Assembly: GCF_000142905.1 (NCBI RefSeq)
Contig: NW_013657627.1
Location: 66,543 to 130,339 of the forward strand
Origin: Thecamonas trahens ATCC 50062
Taxonomy: Eukaryota; Protista; Apusomonadida
Length of the DNA stretch: 63,797 nucleotides
Direction: 5' to 3'
Shown: one piece after another, positions 1 through 11,246 of the stretch
Position numbering within the stretch: position 1 is the stretch's first letter
Layout: each line of letters begins with the position of its first letter
Made by a program: the position numbers and the translations under genes
Notes under the pieces: generated by a model
What the model was told of the DNA's origin: nothing
Seen by the model: the letters and a program-made list of their open reading frames with translations, nothing else
Database searches by the model: none

Positions 1-118
1 ACCCCCACCAGCTGTAGCAGCACTCGCCAAAGCCCGCCAAGCTGCCGCAGCCCGCCTGGCCGAGACCTCCTCCCTCCTCGCCGCCCCCTTCGACTACCCA
101 TCATGGCGCTCGGCTGCC

Positions 119-3100
119 ATGGCCGACTCGCTCACCACCACACCCTCCTCCTCCACCTCGCTCGAGCCCAAACTCGAGCCCGAACTCGAGCCCAAACTCG
201 AGCTCGACTCATCCTCGCCCGTCGCTCTCACTACCGCCCTCAACGCCTTTCGATCCGCCAATGCAAAGTCAAAGCTCTCATCCGCCGTGGCAAAGATGAT
301 GAGCCAGGCCGTGAGCGACAAGAATCAGAGAATCATCGAGCTGAACCAGCGGGTCAAAGACCTGACCCTCATGCTCGAGTCGCGGGAGAAGCAGCTAGAC
401 TCCATGGTCACCCTACGCCTCAAGCAGAAGCGCCAGCTCGATCTCTCAGATCTCAAGCGCGTCGTCTCGGCAAAGTCCTCTGCCGCTCACGCCGCCGCCG
501 CTCGCCTCTCGCCCTGGCGCCGCATCACCGCAAAGCGCGTCCTCGCCTGGGCCCGCGGCCTCCCCCCTCTCGCCGCCGCCTCCGCCGATGGCTTTTCGTC
601 CCGCCGCCTGCTCTCGCTTGCCAGCCTCGCCGCTGACCCTCTCGCCGCCGTCTCCTACATCGACGCCGACGTCCCGGCTCACTCGGCCGGCGAGGCCTTT
701 CTCTTCCTCCTCACCCTCTGCCGCTTCCTCAAGTCGGCCTCCTCCTCCTGGCTCGAGGCTTTTATCCACGCCGCAGGCGTCGAGGCCATCAACGCCTACG
801 TCGCCTTTCTCGACAACTCCGTCTCCTCCGCTCCGCCCTCCCTCGTCCGCCTCGGCGTCCATCTCCTCGCCATGCTCGCCCGCGCCCGCCTGCTAGCTAC
901 TCGTGAGGCCGTCACCGCTTTTGCCGCTCCCTCGGCCGCCCACTCGCTCCAGCTCCTCGTCGTCGCTGCTGTCGCCCCAGGCTCCTCAAACCCGCGCGGC
1001 CAGGCCCAGCTCCTCGACTTTGTCGCCCGCGTCGCTGAAGCCGCCACACACGTCCCTGACGCCATCCTCGCCGCCCTCGCCCTCGCCGCGCGCCACTCCG
1101 CCGCTCCCTCCGCCTCGCATCTCCCGGTCAAGCATGCCCCGCTCTCGCTCCTGGTCGCCCTTCTCGACACCTGCGACGAGCCCTACCTTCGCGCCGCAGC
1201 CCTCCGCCTCCTCAACACCCTCCTCAGCGCCACATCCACCATCGAGGACCGCATCGAGCTCCGCTCTGCCCTCGAGCGCGAGGGCCTCAACGAGCTCCTC
1301 GACCTCGTCCACCTCGAGACAAAGGCCCACCTCGACCAAAAGTCCACAGACTCGGCTCTCTCCAACAGTGCCCACCGCGCCCTCCTCGCAGAGCTCGCCA
1401 CCTTTCACGCCTCGCACGCCGCAGACTCCTCAGACCTCGCCACCATCGCATCCGCCCACGAGGTCGACCTCTCCTCGCCCGCCTCGCTCTTCCGCGCCAT
1501 CGACGCCCGCCTCGCCTCCTCCCCCGCCGCAGACGCCTTTCTCCACATCATGCAGCACCTCTTCATCATCTCCTCAGACAACGCTCTCGCATCCGTCGCA
1601 TGGCCTTTTGTCCAGCGCCTCCTCCACCGCGCCGTCGTCCTTGACTCTGCCGAACACACAGACGCTGCCCCGCCTCGCGCAAACCTCGCTGCTGAAGCCC
1701 TCTCCCTCGAGGAAATCGACGCCATCCTCGCCAAGAAGCGCTCCGTCTCTCCCCCCGCCGAGCCCTCGCCGCCCCCTCCCACTCCGCCCGCTGCTGCTCC
1801 ACCACCACCGCCGCCGCCGCCGCCACCGCCGCCGCCCCCTCCCCCGCCAGCTGCTGCTCCACCGCCACCACCGCCTCCAGGCCAGGCCCCTGCCCTCCCG
1901 CCGCTCAAGCCGCTGTTCTGGACAAAGATCCCGTCGGATAAGCTCGACACCACTGTCTGGAAGGACACCCTCACGCCCGAGCAACTCTCAGATACCCTGC
2001 CAACCATCGCACACCTCCCGCTCGACGAGTCCGCCCTTGTCAAGCTCTTCGCCAAGACCGCGACCTCCTCCGACGCCAACTCCTCGGCCCGCCGTCCGCG
2101 CCACAAGTCCTCAAAAATTCGCCTCCTCCAGGTCAAGCGCGCCAACAACATCGCCATCACCCTCAAACAGTTTGACGCCTCCTTTGCATCTGCCAACGAC
2201 ATCGCCGCCGCCATCGCCAACACCGATGTCTCCAGCTTCACCCCGCACCAGCTCTCGGCCCTGCTCAAGTACGCACCCCACGACGACGAGCTCGCCCTCG
2301 TCCGCGAGTACCTCGACCACGAGCCCGAGCTGGACAGTATCGACGCCCTCGGCGCTCCCGAGCGCTTTTTCGCAGCCATCCTCGACATCGACTGCTACTC
2401 GGAGCGCGTCGCTGGCATGCTCCTCCGCCTCGAGTTTGACTCGATGGTTGCAGACCTCCGTGATCGCCTCGATGCCCTCACCCGCGGCGTCACCCAGGCC
2501 CGCTCCTCGTCTACCCTCCGCAGCCTCCTGGTCCTCGTTCGCCGCATCGGCAACCGCCTCAACGCCGGCTCTCGCCGCGGCAACGCCGCCGCCTTCAAGC
2601 TCGACATCCTCTCCAAGCTCCGCGATACCCGCGCCACATCACGCCATAACTTCTCAGTCCTCCACTACCTCGCCACTCTCGTCCGCGCCTCCGCACCCAC
2701 CCTCCTGGCCTGGCGTGACGACATGCCTGACCTCGAGCGCGCCGCAAAGCTCTCCTTCTCCTCCCTCCACGCCGAAGTCGCTGCCCTCCACGCCAAGGTC
2801 CGCGCCGCCGCACATGCACTCACCGGCGTCTCCTCCGCCATGGACATCTTCATCTCGCGCGCCTCCGTCGAGGCCGATCTCCTCGCCGCTCGCGCAGACT
2901 CGCTCGAGTCACACCTCGCCTCGCTCATGGCCGCCTTTGCNNNNNNNNNNNNNNNNNNNNNNNNNNNNNNNNNNNNNNNNNNNNNNNNNNNNNNNNNNNN
3001 NNNNNNNNNNNNNNNNNNNNNNNNNNNNNNNNNNNNNNNNNNNNNNNNNNNNNNNNNNNNNNNNNNNNNNNNNNNNNNNNNNNNNNNNNNNNNNNNNNNN

Positions 3101-3339
3101 NNNNNNNNNNNNNNNNNNNNNNNNNNNNNNNNNNNNNNNNNNNNNNNNNNNNNNNNNNNNNNNNNNNNNNNNNNNNNNNNNNNNNNNNNNNNNNNNNNNN
3201 NNNCGTCAACGACGCCGGCGCCCTCCTCGCAGACCTCCACCGCTTTTGCGTCTCCGTCGACGCCGCCGCCGCAGACTGCGACCGCTGGGACGCCCTCGCC
3301 GCACGCCGCGCAGCCCGCGCCGCCCGCCATCACTCGTGA
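119..3339 (+). CDS. Formin (N-terminal coiled coil, GBD/FH3 helical region, FH1 polyproline, FH2); interrupted by assembly gap
   Basis: FH1 poly-Pro at ~1750-1900. FH2 motifs LKPLFWTKI, KRANNIAITL, IGNRLNAG...AAAFKLDILSKLRDTR, VLHYL. After the N gap the FH2 terminal helix (VNDAGALLADLHRFCVSVDAAAAD) is in a different frame from the ORF track and ends at TGA 3337-3339. Confidence 0.9.
2941..3203. other. Assembly gap (N run)
   Basis: Run of N. Confidence 1.
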
Positions 3340-3351
3340 CCTGTTGTGTTA

Positions 3352-5223
3352 CTACCTCCGGACATTGCTCGGCAGATCCTCAAGCGCAACCACAGGCAGT
3401 GCAATCGCTGCAGGCATCGCCTCCGATCCATAGTGCACCGCGTTGTGCGCCACATACGCCGGGCCGGTCGTGTTGACCAGCAGCCCGTTGTTGGGGTTCG
3501 CCGAAAAGCGCGGATAGTTGGACGACGACACCGCGAGTCGCACCCGGTGCCCGACGTTGAACACATACGCCATCGTCCACATCTCGATCGTGATCTTGTA
3601 CACCTCGCCGTCCTTCATCTTCACCGGCGTCACCTTTCCGTCCCGCCACCGCATCCGCTGCACATCGTCCGACAGCAGGATCGAGAGCCCCGTCCCCGGG
3701 TACACGTCCGTCACCTTGACCGTAAAGTCCGTTCCCGTGCAGTTCGACGAGACAAAGAGCGTCACAGCCATTCGCCCCACCATTGCCGTCGGCTCCTTGA
3801 ACGGCTCAGACGTAAACACGAGCACGTCCGACCGCGACTCCACAGACTGCTGGTCCGCCGGCCCGCACGCCATAAACAGGTTGTTGCCGCCAAGCGTCGG
3901 CACAGGTTCCGCAGGGTTGTACACGTAACCCGCCACCTCTGCAGTCGTCGCCGTCGGCCTGCTCGTCTCCAGTTTGCCGCCGGCCGCGAGGTAGTACGAC
4001 ACGTTGCTAGCCACAGGCCACGCGTCAAGCGTCGTCCAGTACCGTCCCACAACACCGTCGCTGTCAGCCCGCGCATGCTGCGCCACAGACGGCGGCGGCG
4101 GCTTGAGCTTGGGATCAGGTCCAATCACATAGATCGTCACAGCCTTGAGCTCCTTGGCCGACGCCGTCGGCGACACGATCCCGGCATCCGCAAACGCGTC
4201 CACATCGTCGTGCCCGGCCTCCACAGACTTGAACAAGTTGACCGCCTGCTCAAACGACCAGATGTCGCCGTCGCGATCGTCCGGAAACTCAAAGTACTTT
4301 TCTGCAAAGCAGTGCCCGCGCGTGTTGAAAATGAGCCGGTCCGCCGTTTGCGTCGCCGCAGACCCGCGCTGCAGCCAGTACGTGTCGAGCATCGGCTGCG
4401 CAAAAATGTCGTACGCTGCCGCCCAGAACACGCTCGGCCACTTGATCCCCGCACGGTCCGCCGCACTATCGGGACAGATCTCCTGCCAGAACGGCGTCCA
4501 CGCCTCGTGGTCCTCCATGATCTTGAGGTAGCTCGGCGCCTCCGGCCGCCACTTTTGCATGTGCGCCAGCCAGTGCTTCGTCAGCTGCCACCGCTGCGCC
4601 CCACCCTGCCACGCAGCCACATACGGAAACGCCGTCGACCAAATCATCCACGCTGCGTCGAGCTGCTGCGGCAGTGTCGTCGAGACCAGCGTGAGAATCC
4701 CGTCCGCAGACGCTCCAGCCTCAAACACCAGTCCGTTCGACCATGGCTGACCCTTGATCCATGCCACCGTATCCTGCATGTCCGTTGCCGCCGTGTGCCA
4801 CAGCGGCCAGCTCGCCCCGCCAGAACCCCCCGTTCCGCGCTCGTTCATCGCCAGCGTAGCAAAGCCAAACGGAAGAAAGAGCTGCGCCACCTCGTCCGTG
4901 CTCACCTTGCCGTACGGCGTCCGGTCCACCACTACAGAGAACGTCCTGCCATCGCCAGCCACAATCACCTCCTCCTCCTCCTTGCCCTTGCCATCCGCAT
5001 CAAACTCTGGCAGCCAAAGCATGGCCCACAGCTGCACCCCATCCCGCATCGTGATGTTGACCTGCTTCGGCAGTGGATCCACCTCGGGCAGCTGCAGGCG
5101 CTCCTTCAACGACTTCACCGTAGCCCGCCACGGCTCTGCCATCTCTCCTCCCTCCGCCAGCACGCCTGCCACCACAACACTCACCACCATACACATACCC
5201 AGCACCCACATCCCATGCACCAT
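3352..5223 (-). CDS. Secreted CocE/NonD family (peptidase S15-like) serine hydrolase
   Basis: MRDGVQL, RTPYG, nucleophile elbow GASADG, C-terminal YVYNPAEPVPTLGG, RSDVLVFTSEP, GHRVRLAVSSSNYPRF. Hydrophobic signal peptide follows the ATG at 5223. Confidence 0.9.
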   Translation of the reverse strand: MVHGMWVLGMCMVVSVVVAGVLAEGGEMAEPWRATVKSLKERLQLPEVDPLPKQVNITMRDGVQLWAMLWLPEFDADGKGKEEEEVIVAGDGRTFSVVVDRTPYGKVSTDEVAQLFLPFGFATLAMNERGTGGSGGASWPLWHTAATDMQDTVAWIKGQPWSNGLVFEAGASADGILTLVSTTLPQQLDAAWMIWSTAFPYVAAWQGGAQRWQLTKHWLAHMQKWRPEAPSYLKIMEDHEAWTPFWQEICPDSAADRAGIKWPSVFWAAAYDIFAQPMLDTYWLQRGSAATQTADRLIFNTRGHCFAEKYFEFPDDRDGDIWSFEQAVNLFKSVEAGHDDVDAFADAGIVSPTASAKELKAVTIYVIGPDPKLKPPPPSVAQHARADSDGVVGRYWTTLDAWPVASNVSYYLAAGGKLETSRPTATTAEVAGYVYNPAEPVPTLGGNNLFMACGPADQQSVESRSDVLVFTSEPFKEPTAMVGRMAVTLFVSSNCTGTDFTVKVTDVYPGTGLSILLSDDVQRMRWRDGKVTPVKMKDGEVYKITIEMWTMAYVFNVGHRVRLAVSSSNYPRFSANPNNGLLVNTTGPAYVAHNAVHYGSEAMPAAIALPVVALEDLPSNVRR

Positions 5224-5435
5224 ATCCTCTCCGCTTTCCGCTCGAGTTGGGTCTACCCCACCCCCACTCCCCCCCTGTCGCTCCCCCGCACTCCACCTGC
5301 CTTCTTTTCCCCGTGCGCGTGCGCGCCCGCCAGCAACCGCCACTCGACGTTCGGCACAATTGAAGCTCTCGACCACGTTTATGCACACCGGGCAGCCCAT
5401 CATCTCTCGTACCCATTAATCGTTACACTCCACCC

Positions 5436-7684
5436 ATGGCGGCCGACAACGACACCGGCCCGCTCCTGGGCACATACCCTCATGCGGAGGGACAAGTTTA
5501 CGCAGACACGGCAGGTGCAGCGCTGTACTCGATGGAACAGGTGGAGGCGTCGGTTAAGGTCCTCACCAGCAACTCGGCCGGCTTGGGCCTGTTGGGCAAT
5601 CCCCACTCGGCTGGCTCACCCTCGGCTGTTCGGACCGACGGCCTTGTCGAACGCTATCGTGAACGAGTTTTGAACGAATGGTTCGCAACGTCATCGGATC
5701 AGTATGCTTTGATTTGGATGCCATCGGCCACGGCTGCTCTCTCATCGCTCGCTTCTTGGTTCGCATGGCAAGACGGCAGTGTCTTCGCCTACTCCTCCGA
5801 CAACCACACCTCTGTTCTCGGCATGCGCGCTCTCCTGCCTACCGATCGCCAGGTGGCTACCGTCTCGCTCGCCTCTTCAGACATCGCGCCTTGGCTCGCT
5901 GCCCGCGCGCAGACTGATGATCCGCACCCCCCTCCCTCGCTCTTGGTCTACCCGCTCAAGTCCAACTTTGACGGCGTCTACGCCGATCCGGCCTGGCGCC
6001 AGGACGTCCCTGGCCTGGCCGTCGCGTGGGACGCCGCTGCCGCCCTCGCCACAGGCCCGGTGAACCTCTCTGCCGCCGCTGGCCGACCGCACTTTGTCGT
6101 CTTCTCCGCCTACAAGGTCATCGGCCACCCGACTGGCCTCGGCGGCCTCCTCATTCGCCGCGACGCCGCCTCCCTCCTCGCCAAGCGCTACTACGGCGGC
6201 GGCACCGTCGCCGCTGCTCTCGCCACAGAGCCGTGGGTCCGCATCCGCTCCCGCCTCGAGGCCGCCCTGGAGGACGGAACACTGCCGTTCACCTCCATTG
6301 CGCAGCTCGGTCCGGCCATGGATGCCCTCGCCGCCGTCGGTGGCCTCGACGGCCTCGGCCGCCACATTCGCCGCCGCTCCGCCGCTCTGGACGCCGGCCT
6401 CCGCGCCCTCGTCCACCTCTCGGGTGCCCCGCTCGTCCGCCTCTACTCGCCGCCCGCCTCTACCATCATCACCCTCAACGTCCTCACCCCTCAAGGCGAA
6501 TACGTCGGCTACTCGGAAGTAGGCCGCCTCGCCGCCCTTGCTGGCATCCATCTCCGCACAGGCTGCTTCTGCAACCCGGGCCGCTGCCAAGACGCCCTCG
6601 GCCTGACCTCCGCCCAGGTCAAGGCCCACTACGCCGCCGGCCATGTCTGCTGGGACGGCAACGACATCATCGACGGCATCCCCACAGGCGCCGTCCGCCT
6701 CTCGCTCGGCGCCCACTCGACAGCCGCAGACGTCGACGCCCTCCTCCACTTTTTCCGCTCCTCCTTTGTCCACGCCTCGCCCGCTGCGGACCCAGCTACG
6801 TTCTCTGCCGCCACACATCCTACTCCTGCCCCGCGCCTCGACGCCATCCTTGTCTACCCGATCAAGTCCGCTGGCCCCATGTCCGTCACAGAGTGGGAGC
6901 TCGGCCCGCGCGGCCTGCTCTACGATCGCGAATGGCTGGTCGTCAAGACCGAGGCCGACGGCCGGATCCAGACCCTCAATCAGAAGAAGGAGCCGCGTCT
7001 CTGCCTCCTCCGCCCGCTCGTCGACCTTGCTGCTGGCTCGATCCGGCTCTCCATCCACAATGCACCCGACGCCGGTGACCTGTTTTCGCCCTCGACCACG
7101 CCACCGACCTCGGCCCCGCGCCATCTCACGTTGTCGCCTCGCGCGCCGAACAGGTCAGCTCCGCCTCGCGCGCCCCGCCCGAAGTCTCTGCCTGGCTCTC
7201 TGCCTGGCTCGGCTACCCTGTCGAGCTAGTTCGCGCCGTCGCCGGCCGCCTCGCCGTCGATGGTGCGTCGCCTATCGGCTTTGCCAACGAGTCGCCGTTC
7301 CTCGCCGTCAATGCCGCGTCGGTCGCCGCCGTCAACGCCGCCGTCGGCCGCGAGCCGGTCGCGCCCTCGCGCTTCCGACCCAACTTTGTCTTTGACACTC
7401 CCGGCGCCCCGTGGGCCGAAGACGCCTGGCCGTCCGGCGCTGTCCTCGCCATCGGCCCACACGCCACCTTTACCGTCGTTGGCGGCTGTACCCGCTGCCG
7501 CATGGTTTGCATCGACCAGGACTCGGCCGCTTCGTCGGCCGAGCCGCTCCTTACTCTCCACCGCATCCGCCGCATCGATGGTCGCATCCAGTTTGGCGTT
7601 CACCTCGCCAGCCGCAACGTCGGCGTCGTCATCACCGTCGGAGACGAGCTGCGCCTCGAGCCGGAATCAGGGGCTGCCTCGTAA
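5436..7684 (+). CDS. MOCOS: Molybdenum cofactor sulfurase (NifS-like PLP domain + MOSC); 1-nt frameshift near 7082
   Basis: VYADTAGAALYS, GNPHS, PLP-lysine SAYKVIGHPTGLG, GGGTV, EDGT, LRTGCFCNPG, then MOSC-N VYPIKS...DREW. The -1 frame continues with FANESPFL, RFRPNFV and CTRCRMVCIDQ to the stop at 7684. Confidence 0.92.
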
Positions 7685-7740
7685 ACGCAAATAGACCGCG
7701 ACCTCGCAGGGTGCGAGTGTAGCCAAAAAAAAAAACACGT

Positions 7741-7820
7741 TTGGGACAGCGGGGTTCGAACCCGCGACGGTTTCCCAGATGAGCTTAAAACATCCGCCTT
7801 AACCACTCGGCCATGCCCCA
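7741..7820 (-). tRNA. tRNA-Leu (anticodon UAA)
   Basis: Minus strand reads TGGGGCA-TGGCCGAGTGGTTAAGGCG-GATGT-TTTAAGC-TCATC-TGGGAAACCGTC-GCGGGTTCGAACCCCGC-TGTCCCA-A: A/B boxes, long variable arm, A73, no encoded CCA, and a downstream T-tract (Pol III terminator). Confidence 0.9.
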
Positions 7821-7980
7821 TGCCAACTAATGACAGTTTTCCACAGAAACTTTTAACAGCCACAGTAGATACCGCCCGCCGGAGCCCTGCCCACCGTGCT
7901 CCTAGCACCCGCCGCCCTCTCTCTCTCTCTCGCTCCACTAGCTATACTCAACCCACTACCTCCTCGTCTCCACGCTCGCC

Positions 7981-8850
7981 ATGAAAGCAATTGCCAACCT
8001 CGGATTCATGTTTGCCGAGCTGCCGTTCCTCGAGCGCTTTGCCGCCGCCGCTGCCGCGAACTTCACCACCGTCGAGCTTGGGTGCTCGTGGACGAGCACG
8101 AGTCCCAGCGATGTGGCCGCTGCTGCCGCCGCCGCTGGTGTCACCATCTACGCGCTCAACACGCCAAAGACCTCGCCATCAGGTCTCGAGTGGGGCACGG
8201 CTTGCGTGGCTGGCGATGAGGCGCAGCGCGAGTTTGAGGCTCAGATGGAGGAGACGCTGGCCATGGCCGCCGCCTGCTCCGCTGCTGCCATCCACCTCCT
8301 TGCCGGCTGCGGCGAGGCCGACGACGAGGCGATGGCGGCAGTGTTTGAAGCCAGGGTGGCGCAGGCGCTGGCCATGGCTTCTGCCCACGGCATCATTGTC
8401 CTCCTCGAGCCCATCACCCGCAAGGCTGCCATTCCGGGCTACTTCCTCACCTCGGTCCCGCACGCCCTCGACGTCATCGACCGGGTCCGCGCAGCCAACT
8501 CTGACTTGCAGCTCATCGGTATCCAGTTTGACGTCTTTCACGTCTATCTTGAGGACGGCGCAGTCGGGTGGTGGCTCGACCGGGCACTCGAGCGCGCACC
8601 GGTGGTGCATCTGCAGTTGTCGGCGCCGGCCGCGCGGACCGCTCCGGTCTCGCCCGCCGTCATGGCGGCCATGGCCATTGCCCATCCGCTGCTCGACTAC
8701 TCCTCGGAGCTCGACTTTGGCTGGCTCGAGAGCAAGCTGGACGAGGTTGGCTATCATGGCTTTGTCGGCCTCGAGTACAAGAAGCACCCGTCGTTTACCT
8801 CGACCCACGACGAGGTCGCCGCCCTGCGCGACGCCGGATGGCGGTGGTGA
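7981..8850 (+). CDS. HYI: Hydroxypyruvate isomerase family (AP endonuclease 2 TIM barrel)
   Basis: ANLGFMFAELPFLERFAAAA, LLEPI, PGYFL, QFDVFH, GYHGFVGLEY. Confidence 0.88.
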   Translation: MKAIANLGFMFAELPFLERFAAAAAANFTTVELGCSWTSTSPSDVAAAAAAAGVTIYALNTPKTSPSGLEWGTACVAGDEAQREFEAQMEETLAMAAACSAAAIHLLAGCGEADDEAMAAVFEARVAQALAMASAHGIIVLLEPITRKAAIPGYFLTSVPHALDVIDRVRAANSDLQLIGIQFDVFHVYLEDGAVGWWLDRALERAPVVHLQLSAPAARTAPVSPAVMAAMAIAHPLLDYSSELDFGWLESKLDEVGYHGFVGLEYKKHPSFTSTHDEVAALRDAGWRW

Positions 8851-8870
8851 GCGGCGTGCGCTCCCAGCTG

Positions 8871-9371
8871 CTAAGCCTCCTCCCACGACTCGATGGGCGT
8901 GGCCCGGAGGATGGAGACCGTGTCAAGCGGACGATCCTGGGCGTCAGTCGCCACCTTGCCGATCTTCTTCACCACGCCCATGCCGCTCTTGATCCGGCCA
9001 AAGATGGTGTGTTTGCCGTCGAGGAACCGAGCCGGTGCAAGGGTGATGAAGAACTGCGATCCGTTTGTGTTTGGCCCTGAATTGGCCATGGAGACAATGC
9101 CGGCGCCGGTGTGTTGGAGGCTCTCGTGGATCTCATCCTCAAACCTCTTGCCGTACACACTCTCACCGCCACTCCCTGTCCCTGTGGGATCACCAGACTG
9201 CGCCATAAAGCCATCAATGATGCGATGGAAAATGATGCCATCGTAGTACCCGCTACCGGCAAGTTGTGCAAAGTTGCCACACGTCCTCGCCGCCTCCTTC
9301 CAGTACAGCTCAATGTCAAAGGTGCCCATGTTGGTCTCCAACCGCACGCCAACGCACTCTCCGTTGCTCAT
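8871..9371 (-). CDS. PPIL1: Cyclophilin-type peptidyl-prolyl isomerase, PPIL1-like
   Basis: LETNMG..IELYW, GYYDGIIFHRII, GDPTGTGSGGES, HTGAGIVSMANSGPNTNGSQFFITLAP, LDGKHTIFGR. Start taken as the second ATG (MSNGE). Confidence 0.9.
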   Translation of the reverse strand: MSNGECVGVRLETNMGTFDIELYWKEAARTCGNFAQLAGSGYYDGIIFHRIIDGFMAQSGDPTGTGSGGESVYGKRFEDEIHESLQHTGAGIVSMANSGPNTNGSQFFITLAPARFLDGKHTIFGRIKSGMGVVKKIGKVATDAQDRPLDTVSILRATPIESWEEA

Positions 9372-9629
9372 ACTTGCTCTGTCCCTCGACCTCGACGTCT
9401 TCCGCACAAATATCGACCTCGAGTCTGGTGTTGCCTCTTGCCCCCTTTCCTGTCCCTGCTCCCAACTGGCCGCTCGTCGACTCGACTCGGGCCACCGCCC
9501 GACCAGAGACAGCCGTCCAACGCCGGCCGACCAGCATCAACAGCCAAAGGTCGCCCCTTGTTATCACCATCATCATCATCATCATCATCATCGTGATTGC
9601 CATCAGCGGCTGTCACTTCACTGGCATCA

Positions 9630-10115
9630 GTGACTGATCTGTGGCCTGCGGGGCCTGGCCTGCCGGTGGTCGATCTTGGCCGACCGCCGATGGCCGACGT
9701 ATAGCCAGCCGGTAACTGATCTGTGGCCAGCCGGTCGCTGATCTGTGACTTGCCGGAGGCCTGGCCTGCCGGTGGCCGATCTATGGCCAGCCGGTAACTG
9801 ATCTGTGGTCACCCGGTCGCTGATCTGTGACTCGCCCGTGGCCTAGCCTGCCGGTGGCCGACCTATGGCCTGACTGATCTGTGGCCACCCGGTCGCTGAT
9901 CTGTGGCTCGCTCGTGGCCTAGCCTGCCGGTGGCCGATCTATGGCCAGCCGATAACTGATCTGTGGCCCGCCTGTGATGACCGACCTATGGCCTGACTGA
10001 TCTGTGGCCACCCGGTCGCTGATCTGTGGCTCGCCCGTGGCCTAGCCTGCCGGTGGCCGATCTATGGCCCGCCTGTGATGACCGACCTATGGCCTGACCG
10101 ATCTGTGACCTGCCG
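9630..10115. repeat. Mosaic minisatellite built from CTGATCTGTGGC / GCCTGCCGGTGGCCGATCTATGGCC modules
   Basis: Many imperfect copies visible, including an ~85-bp near-exact duplication at ~9860 and ~9983. Lies between divergent genes. Confidence 0.85.
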
Positions 10116-10310
10116 GTGGCTGACAAGAGGCCCCCTCACCCTACCCCCCTCACTATCCCCTCACCCTGATATCAGTGTCACGGTTGCCTCGCCTCGCCTC
10201 GCCTCGCCGCTCTCTCTCCCGCAACCGCCACGCCACGCCCCACACTCCTCGCCTCCCACAAGCACTACACGCCACTCAGCAGCGCGAGGCCCAAGCATTC
10301 ATCGAGCAGA

Positions 10311-11246
10311 ATGAGCAAGACAGCAGCAGGAGTGCAGGAGCATGTGGACCATGAGGTGCTGTCGTTCCTGCGTTTCGCACGGCGGAAGCGTCTGGAGAAC
10401 CTTCGTGAGGTCGACGGAATCTTTGAGGACTTTATGGAGGACCATGTTAACGAAGCCACGTACACAGCAGATGAAGTCATCGCTCTCATTGGAAGCCTTC
10501 AGAGACATGTTCGGACAAATGTGGCTGCAGAGCTTCAACATGTAGCTCATGTCACTACCGTCCTTCTTCAACAGCTTCATGCTCAGGCAAGCAAGTGGTA
10601 TCTCCGCCTCGCAAGCGATCTGGCTCAGCTGGACGATGCCTCGCTTCTTGCCGCTGTCGCTGCCTTTGAGTCAGACAAGCTGGCTTCGGCTTCTGCTACC
10701 TCTGCTGCCTCTGCTCAGTCGGCCTTCCTCCCGCCGCTCGAGTCCTTCTCTGACGAGTCGCTCGGCCTCCTCCGCAACGAGATCGAGATGCTCAAGGCCA
10801 AGAACGCCGCCCTCGCTGCCGACAAGGAGTCGCTCCAGCAGAGTCTCGATGACGCTCTCCGCGGAACCGCCTCTGAGGAGGGCGCCCTTGCTGCTGCACA
10901 AAAACTCTCTGATCAGCTGCGCGAGGAGCTGGCAGAGACAAAGCAGATGCTCGCCCGCCGCGAGGCCGCCCTGGCCCAGGCCGACGGCGCCGCGTCGCAC
11001 TCTGCACCTGCCCCGTCCACCTCGGCAGACTCGGACGAGATTGCCCGCCTTCAGTCCGAGCTCCGCGAGGCCCATGCCAACATCCGCGCCAAGGATCTTG
11101 AGCTTGCTGCCGTCAACGCCGAGCTCGACGCCAAGGTCTCCAAGACCTCGCCGTTCATCTCGCTCAAGAAGATGCTGCGCAAGAAGAACGATCTCATCAA
11201 GTCCCTCCGCGCCCAACTCGAGTCCGCTTCCGGCGCCAGCTCGTGA
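10311..11246 (+). CDS. LZTFL1: Leucine zipper transcription factor-like 1 (BBSome trafficking regulator)
   Basis: EVLSFLRFARRKR...TYTADEV...LLQQLHAQASKWYLRL..DLAQLD matches the LZTFL1 N-domain. C-terminal coiled coil ends LKKMLRKKNDLIKSLR. Confidence 0.9.
   Translation: MSKTAAGVQEHVDHEVLSFLRFARRKRLENLREVDGIFEDFMEDHVNEATYTADEVIALIGSLQRHVRTNVAAELQHVAHVTTVLLQQLHAQASKWYLRLASDLAQLDDASLLAAVAAFESDKLASASATSAASAQSAFLPPLESFSDESLGLLRNEIEMLKAKNAALAADKESLQQSLDDALRGTASEEGALAAAQKLSDQLREELAETKQMLARREAALAQADGAASHSAPAPSTSADSDEIARLQSELREAHANIRAKDLELAAVNAELDAKVSKTSPFISLKKMLRKKNDLIKSLRAQLESASGASS

Noticed and set aside
3340-3433. Apparent overlap of the formin and CocE coding sequences
   Set aside because: Artefact of carrying the frame across the N gap; the better frame stops at 3339
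3346-5673. 775-aa plus-strand ORF, and many similar Arg/Pro/Ser-rich overlapping ORFs across the window
   Set aside because: Antisense or off-frame shadows of real GC3-rich genes, with no motifs
9630-10115. CRISPR-like array
   Set aside because: No constant repeat with unique spacers, no cas genes, and a eukaryotic context
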